DNA from: Hypanus sabinus
Taxonomy: Eukaryota
Direction of reading: 5' to 3'
DNA length: 64,000 nucleotides
Assembly (NCBI RefSeq): GCF_030144855.1
Contig: NC_082730.1
Span: forward strand, 2,542,001-2,606,000
Positions 58,840 through 64,000 of this stretch are shown here, in pieces. Positions within the stretch are counted from its first letter, which is position 1. Each line of letters begins with the position of its first letter. A program made the position numbers and the translations under genes. The notes under the pieces are model-generated. The model was given only the letters and a program-made list of their open reading frames with translations, searched no databases and was not told the origin of the DNA.

Positions 58840-61800
58840 CCCACTTGCAGTTTGAGATGGAGATACGGAAGTTAAGGCTCAAGAGTCAAGCTTCTGGCTC
58901 TAGGGAAACGTTTGTACTGTTTGTTGCCAGTCAGGAAGTTAAATTGGTCCCTCCATTTGATGAGGCTAGGGTTGACAAAGACTTCCAGCATTTTGATAAA
59001 GTTGCTCAGAGTTTATGGTGGCCAAAAGAGGGTTGGCCTCTTCGCTTACAGAGTGTAGTTAAGGGTTAAGCTCAACAAGTTTATTCTGTCTTATCAGTTG
59101 ACGAAGTATCTGATTATCACATTGTGAAGCAGGCTGTGCTTAATGCCTATGAATTGGTTCCAGAAGCCTATAGACAAAGATTTTGAAATTTGAAGAAATC
59201 TGCGAACCGGACACATGTGGAATATGCTTATGAGAAGTCTATATGTTTTGAACGATGGTGCACATCTAAAAATGTGGATGGTGATTTAACAACTTGAAAG
59301 AGTTGGTTTTAATTGCAGAATTTAAAAGGTGTTTCCATAATGACATAAAGACATTTGGATGAGAAGGATGCTGCCATGTTGCAAGATGAGTTTGCCCTAA
59401 CCCACAAGGTTAAGTTTACCCCCAGTAAAACCTTCCAAAAGAGTAGCATGGATATTCAGAGTAAACCAGAAATTAAATCTGGGTCTAGTGACAAAGGTGA
59501 AGATGAAGGAAAGCAGTTAAAGGAGAAGTATTCTGGTCTACCACTGTGCAGTAGCACACAGCTCAAATCACATTATCAAGTTCACCGATGACACGACCGT
59601 GGTGGATCTCATCAGCAAGGACGACAATTCAGCATACAGAGAGGAGGTGCAGCGACTAGCAGACTGGTGCAGAACCGAGAAAGACTTCAGGAGGGAACGG
59701 AGCAACCACTCCCTGCTGAACATCAACGGCTCCTCCATAGAGATCGTTAAGAGCACCAAATTTCTTGGTGTTCACCTGGTGGAGAGTATCACCTGGTCCC
59801 TCAACACCAGCTCCATTGCCAAGACAGCCCATCAGCTTCTCTACTTTCTGCGAAGGCTGAGAAAAGTCCATCTCCTAAGCCCCCCGCCCCCGATCCTCAC
59901 CACATTCTACAGGGGTTGTATTGAGAGGATCCTGAGCAGCTGCATCACTGCCTGGTTCAGAAATTGCACTGTCTCAGATGACAGGACCCTGCAGCGGATA
60001 GTGAGGTCAGCTGTGAAGATCGTCAGGGTCTTTCTTCCTGTCATTACAGACATTTGCACCACATGCTGCATCCATAAAGCTAACAACATTCTGAAGGATC
60101 GCTTGCATCCCTCATACAAACTCTTATCCCTCCTGCCATCTAGCAAAAAATACCCAAACATTCGGCCTCTCATGACCAGATTGTGTAACAGTTTCTTCCC
60201 ACAAGCCATCAGTCTCCTCAGAACCCAGAGTCTAGATTGACAGCAACTTATTCTCCTCTACTGTGACTATTGTCTTGGTTATTAATTATTGTACTGTCTT
60301 GCACTGTTTTGTGCACTTTATGTAGTCCTGTGTAGCTCTGTAGTCTACTGGAGTTTTGTGTTATTTTACATAGTCTCGTGTAGTTTTGTGTTGTTTCATG
60401 TAGCATCATGGTTCTGGAGGAACTTTGTTTCATTTTTATTGTGTACTCTACCAGCAGTTATGGTCAAAATGACAATAAAAGGGACTTGCCTTGGCTTACC
60501 GGTCACTACTGTAGGAAATCTGGTCATGTTATGGCTGAAGAAGAAGAAGGAAAAGGAGGCTGTCCCAGATGCCTCTGTCCAAAACTTTGAAACACCCATA
60601 AATCTAAAGGGTTCTGAACAGTCTGATGAAGGTCTGTCAGAGGCTGAGAGGTCTGACTGAGTTAGGAAAGAATTCGAACCTATTGTGTCAGATGGGTTTG
60701 TTGTAATAAATGAAAGGTCCACCCTGGTACCAGTGAAAATTCTTTGAGATACTGTGGCTTCTCAGTCACTTATATTAGACCGTGTTCTGCAGTTTAGTGA
60801 TGAGACCGCCACTGGTGAGGTAAATCTTATTCGAGGTATTGGGAGTGATGCTGTTTCTGTACCTCTACACAAAGTAAAATTGAAGATGGAGTTAGTTTCA
60901 GGACCTGTTAAAAAGGACTATGACCCAGTCTGCCAGTGGATGGTGTTTCTTTGTTGTCGGGGAATGACTTAGCCGGTGGTAAAGTTGTTCCTGTAGTGCA
61001 GCTGACAACTATGCCCAGCGCTGAGGATCCAACAGTAGATTTTCACATTTATCCCTCCTGCACAGTAACTCGAAGCATGGCCAAGAATTCTAGCCAATGA
61101 AGAAAGGTCTGTGCAGCATAGTTCTGCTACCCATGGCAGCCAAAATAGAGATACAGAATTTGATGACTTGTCAGGGACTTTTCTACCTTCATTGTTTCAG
61201 CAAGATCCAGGTATTAAATCTGATGATAAAGATTTATCTCTGTCTAGGAAGGAGTTAATAGCAGAACAAAGCAAAAACCCTGAGATAGAAGCTTTAAGAG
61301 AAAAAGCTCTCTCAGATGATGAGATTAAGAAAATGCCATTTGGATAGCACTTCAAAGATAGAGTGTTAATGAGAAAGTTGTGACCACGTGATATTCTTGC
61401 CAGTGAAGAATGGGCAATTTTTCACCAGGTTGTAGTTCCTAAAATCTATAAGAATGAAATTATAACTTTGGCCCATAGTGTGCCCTGGGGTGGTCAACTA
61501 GGTATCAAAAAAACTGTGAACAAAGTTTTGAAACAATTCTTCTGGACTTGTCTGAGGAAAGATGTTACAACATTTTGCCAGACTTGTTATACTTTGTTAG
61601 ATTTTGGGTAAACCTAATCAGGTCACTCCAGTGGCCCCACTGCAGCCTACTCCTGCATTTGGTGAAACTTTTTCCAAAGTTATTGTGGATTGTGTTGGCC
61701 CATTGCCAAAGACTAAAGCTGGCCATCAGTATTTGCTGACCATCAAGTGTACAGCACCTAGATTTCCAGAAGCCATACCTCTCAGGAATATAAAGCTAAA

Positions 61801-62345
61801 ACTCTGTCAAAGACTCTCATAAAGTTTTACTCTATTTGGTTTGGCTAAATAAATCCAGTCTGATCAAAGAAGTAATTTCATGTTAGGATTATTTCAGCAG
61901 GTAGTTTATAAATTGTGAGCCAAACAGATTACCTCATCTACGTACCATTTAGAATTACAAGGGACCTTGGAAAGAATCCATTCTACCCTTAAGACCATGA
62001 TTAAGCCATTCTGTATTGAAAACGAGAAGGATTGGGATGAGGGAATTTATTTGCTTCTATTTGCAGTAGGAGAATCAGTATAGGAATCCTTAGGCTTTAG
62101 CCCCTTTGAACATGTATTTGGACACCAGGTCCAAGGGCATTTGGCATTGGTAAAGGATCAGTGGGTTTACAAAGACATGCATATTAATTTGCCAGACTAT
62201 GTTTTGAAATTCAAAGACAGATTACACAAGGTCTGTAGCTTAGCAAGGGAAAACTTAAAGGTTTCTCAGGACAAAATGAAAAGCTGGTATGATAAACAAG
62301 ATTGTATGAGAAAATTCCAGGTGGCAGATAAGGCGCTGGCATTCT
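58840..62345 (+). mobile_element. Second Gmr1-like Gypsy relic (gag-PR-IN), no LTRs or RT visible, with a nested Rex LINE
   Basis: VPPFDEARVDKDFQHFDKVA, DEFALTHK, HYCRKSGH, IL*DTVASQSLIL, FSKVIVDCVGPLPKT, IQSDQ, KMKSWYDK. Confidence 0.88.
59540..60495 (+). mobile_element. 5'-truncated Rex1/Babar-type LINE inserted just before the gag zinc knuckle
   Basis: IIKFTDDTTVVDLISKDDNSAYREEV..SSCITAWFRNC (ORF 59599-60240); same 3' end as the 19849-22730 element. Confidence 0.88.
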
Positions 62346-62667
62346 TTTATTGTGTTCACCCTCTCCAAACCCTACAAACACCTTTTTTCCAGACTGGATT
62401 CCACTTGCCATGTCTGTGCCTCCCTGTCATGACAATCAATATCTGGCTGCAGCCTGCAACTCCCTTCCGCAGGGCTGGGTACAGAAAGTCTTCACTCTGT
62501 TCCCCCAGTGGGCTCACTGTGTGATGTAGGAACTGTGGGCTGGGTCTCTCTCAGGGTTGGGAGCCAGGTGATGGCCCACATGGCCGGCTCCTGTAACTGT
62601 GATCCTCCCGGCTCTGATTCTGCAGTTACTGAGTTCACCTGCCGACTGTCTCCTCTTGTCTCCTCAG

Positions 62668-62988
62668 CTGGGACTGGGACTTCCCCTACACCTGTAAACA
62701 GAGCTCGGGGACACTCGGCCTCTTTACATCCTGGGATCCCAGTCGGACCGAACGTCGCTGAAGTTGTGTGGAGACGGTTATCACCCAGAAAGGAGATAGT
62801 GGCATATTCAAATAAGAACAGTGAATATTACAGATCTGAGGAGTACAAGCGACGGATAACTCTTCATCCCGGGAACTTCAGCCTGGAAATCCATGATCTA
62901 CAGAGAGAGGACGCTGGTGATTATGAGGTGACCGTTACAGCAAGTTCAGGAGCACAGACTCAGAGAGTAATATGACTGGAGGTGGATG
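62668..62988 (+). pseudogene. CD2/SLAM-family-like IgV exon with a premature TGA (62973-62975)
   Basis: Acceptor tctcctcttgtctcctcAG, donor G|GTGAGT, phase 1-1, 321 nt. VVWRR (C-strand Trp), RRITLHPGNFSLEIHDLQREDAGDYEVTV, no cysteines, ends RVI*LEVD. Confidence 0.8.
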
Positions 62989-63059
62989 GTGAGTGAGACA
63001 CCGCGGAAGGCCCGGGTTTCATTAGTTCCTGAAATGTCCTTAATTAAAGGGTGAGGGCA

Positions 63060-64000
63060 GATCCTTTGTGTTCTATCTCCTTTACTATAGCATTGGGGAG
63101 GGATAGGAGCAGACAAGTTAGGAAAGTGTTTAATTGGAGTAAGGGGAAATATGAAGCTAACAGGCAAGAACTTGGAAACTTAAATTGGGAACAGATGTTC
63201 TCAGGGAAATGTATGGTAGAAATGTGGCAAATGTTTAGAGGATATTGGCCTGTTCAGAGTCTGGCCCTGAGGATCAGAAGGTTAGGGAAGGAAGGAGGAA
63301 GGTAGTAGTGATTGGAGACTCTATAGTTAGGGGGGTCAGACAGACGACTCTGTGGACGCAGGAAAAAAACTCGGATGGTAGTTTGCCTCCCAGATGTCAG
63401 GGTTAGGGATGTTTCAGATCTTGTCCTAGATATCCTGCGGTGGGACGGAGAACAGCCAGAGGTCATGGTACATACTGGTACCAATGACATAGGTAGGAAA
63501 AGGGAAGAGGTCCTGAAAAAAGACTACAGGGAGTTAGAAAGGAAGTTGAGCAGCAGGACCACAAAGGTAGTAATCTCAGGATTACTGCCTGTGCCACCTG
63601 ACAGTGAGTACAGTATAGGAATAGAGTGAGGTGGAGGATTATGTGTAGCTGAGGGATTAGAGCAGGGGACAGGGATTCAGATTTCTGGATCATTGGGACC
63701 TCTTTTGGGGCAGGAGTGACCTGTACAAAAAAGGACGGGTTGCTCTTGAATCCCAGGGGGACCAATCTCCTGGCAGGGAGGTTTGCTAAGACTACTGGGG
63801 CGAGTTTCAACTAGGATTGCTGGGGGGGGGGGGGGTGGGAACCAAACTGAAGGGACTGGAGGAGAGGAGGCTGGCTCAAAAATAGAGAAAACTTGGAAAC
63901 AGTGCGAGAGGGAGGATAGGCAGGTGATAGAGAAGGGACGCGCTCAGACTGAAGGCTTGAGATGTGTCTATTTTAACTCAAGGAGTGTTGTGAACAAAGC
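63060..64000 (+). mobile_element. CR1 fragments (short ORF2 piece, then ORF1 esterase to ORF2 start); runs off the window
   Basis: VFNWSKGKYE; VVIGDSIVRGSDRRLCG..VHTGTNDIG; LRCVYFNSRSVVNK at the window end. Confidence 0.9.

Noticed and set aside
58251-59069. 272-aa proline-rich ORF fused to gag
   Set aside because: Read-through of the low-complexity pyrimidine tract, which lacks stop codons by composition.
60623-60629. CTGATGA hammerhead core-like word (also at ~36356)
   Set aside because: No downstream GAAA or stems; it lies in Gypsy or CR1 sequence.
62508-62667. N-terminal extension of ORF 62508-62975
   Set aside because: It lies upstream of a strong acceptor and is not signal-peptide-like; intronic read-through.
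1-64000. The many 60-130 aa ORFs antisense to or inside LINE/LTR sequence
   Set aside because: Shadow frames of retroelement ORFs or simple repeats, with no independent evidence of being genes.

Overview
Eukaryotic, repeat-dense genomic DNA. The repeat families and the GPR139-like receptor point to a cartilaginous fish, probably a ray (inference). No rRNA, tRNA or CRISPR features are supported. Most of the window is layered retroelement debris: many CR1-type LINEs (one full-length 4.3-kb copy with a 6-bp TSD), Rex1/Babar-type LINEs, an RTE-type LINE, a Penelope-like element (PLE), two Gmr1-like Gypsy LTR retrotransposons with integrase upstream of RT, and several solo LTRs, two with visible TSDs. 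Short PLE terminal-repeat relics carry minimal hammerhead-ribozyme motifs, and two of them form fold-back mini-insertions. Host-gene content is (i) a minus-strand GPR139/142-like GPCR with an open 7TM-body exon (30426-29516) and a probable first exon 9.5 kb upstream that lacks its GT donor, (ii) a plus-strand cysteine-less CD2/SLAM-type IgV exon (62668-62988) with intact splice sites but an in-frame TGA near its end, (iii) a possible terminal exon at 1566-1630 and (iv) a multi-CCAAT promoter-like array at about 4.3-4.45 kb. All identities are by-eye motif recognition; no database search was run and percent identities are rough estimates.
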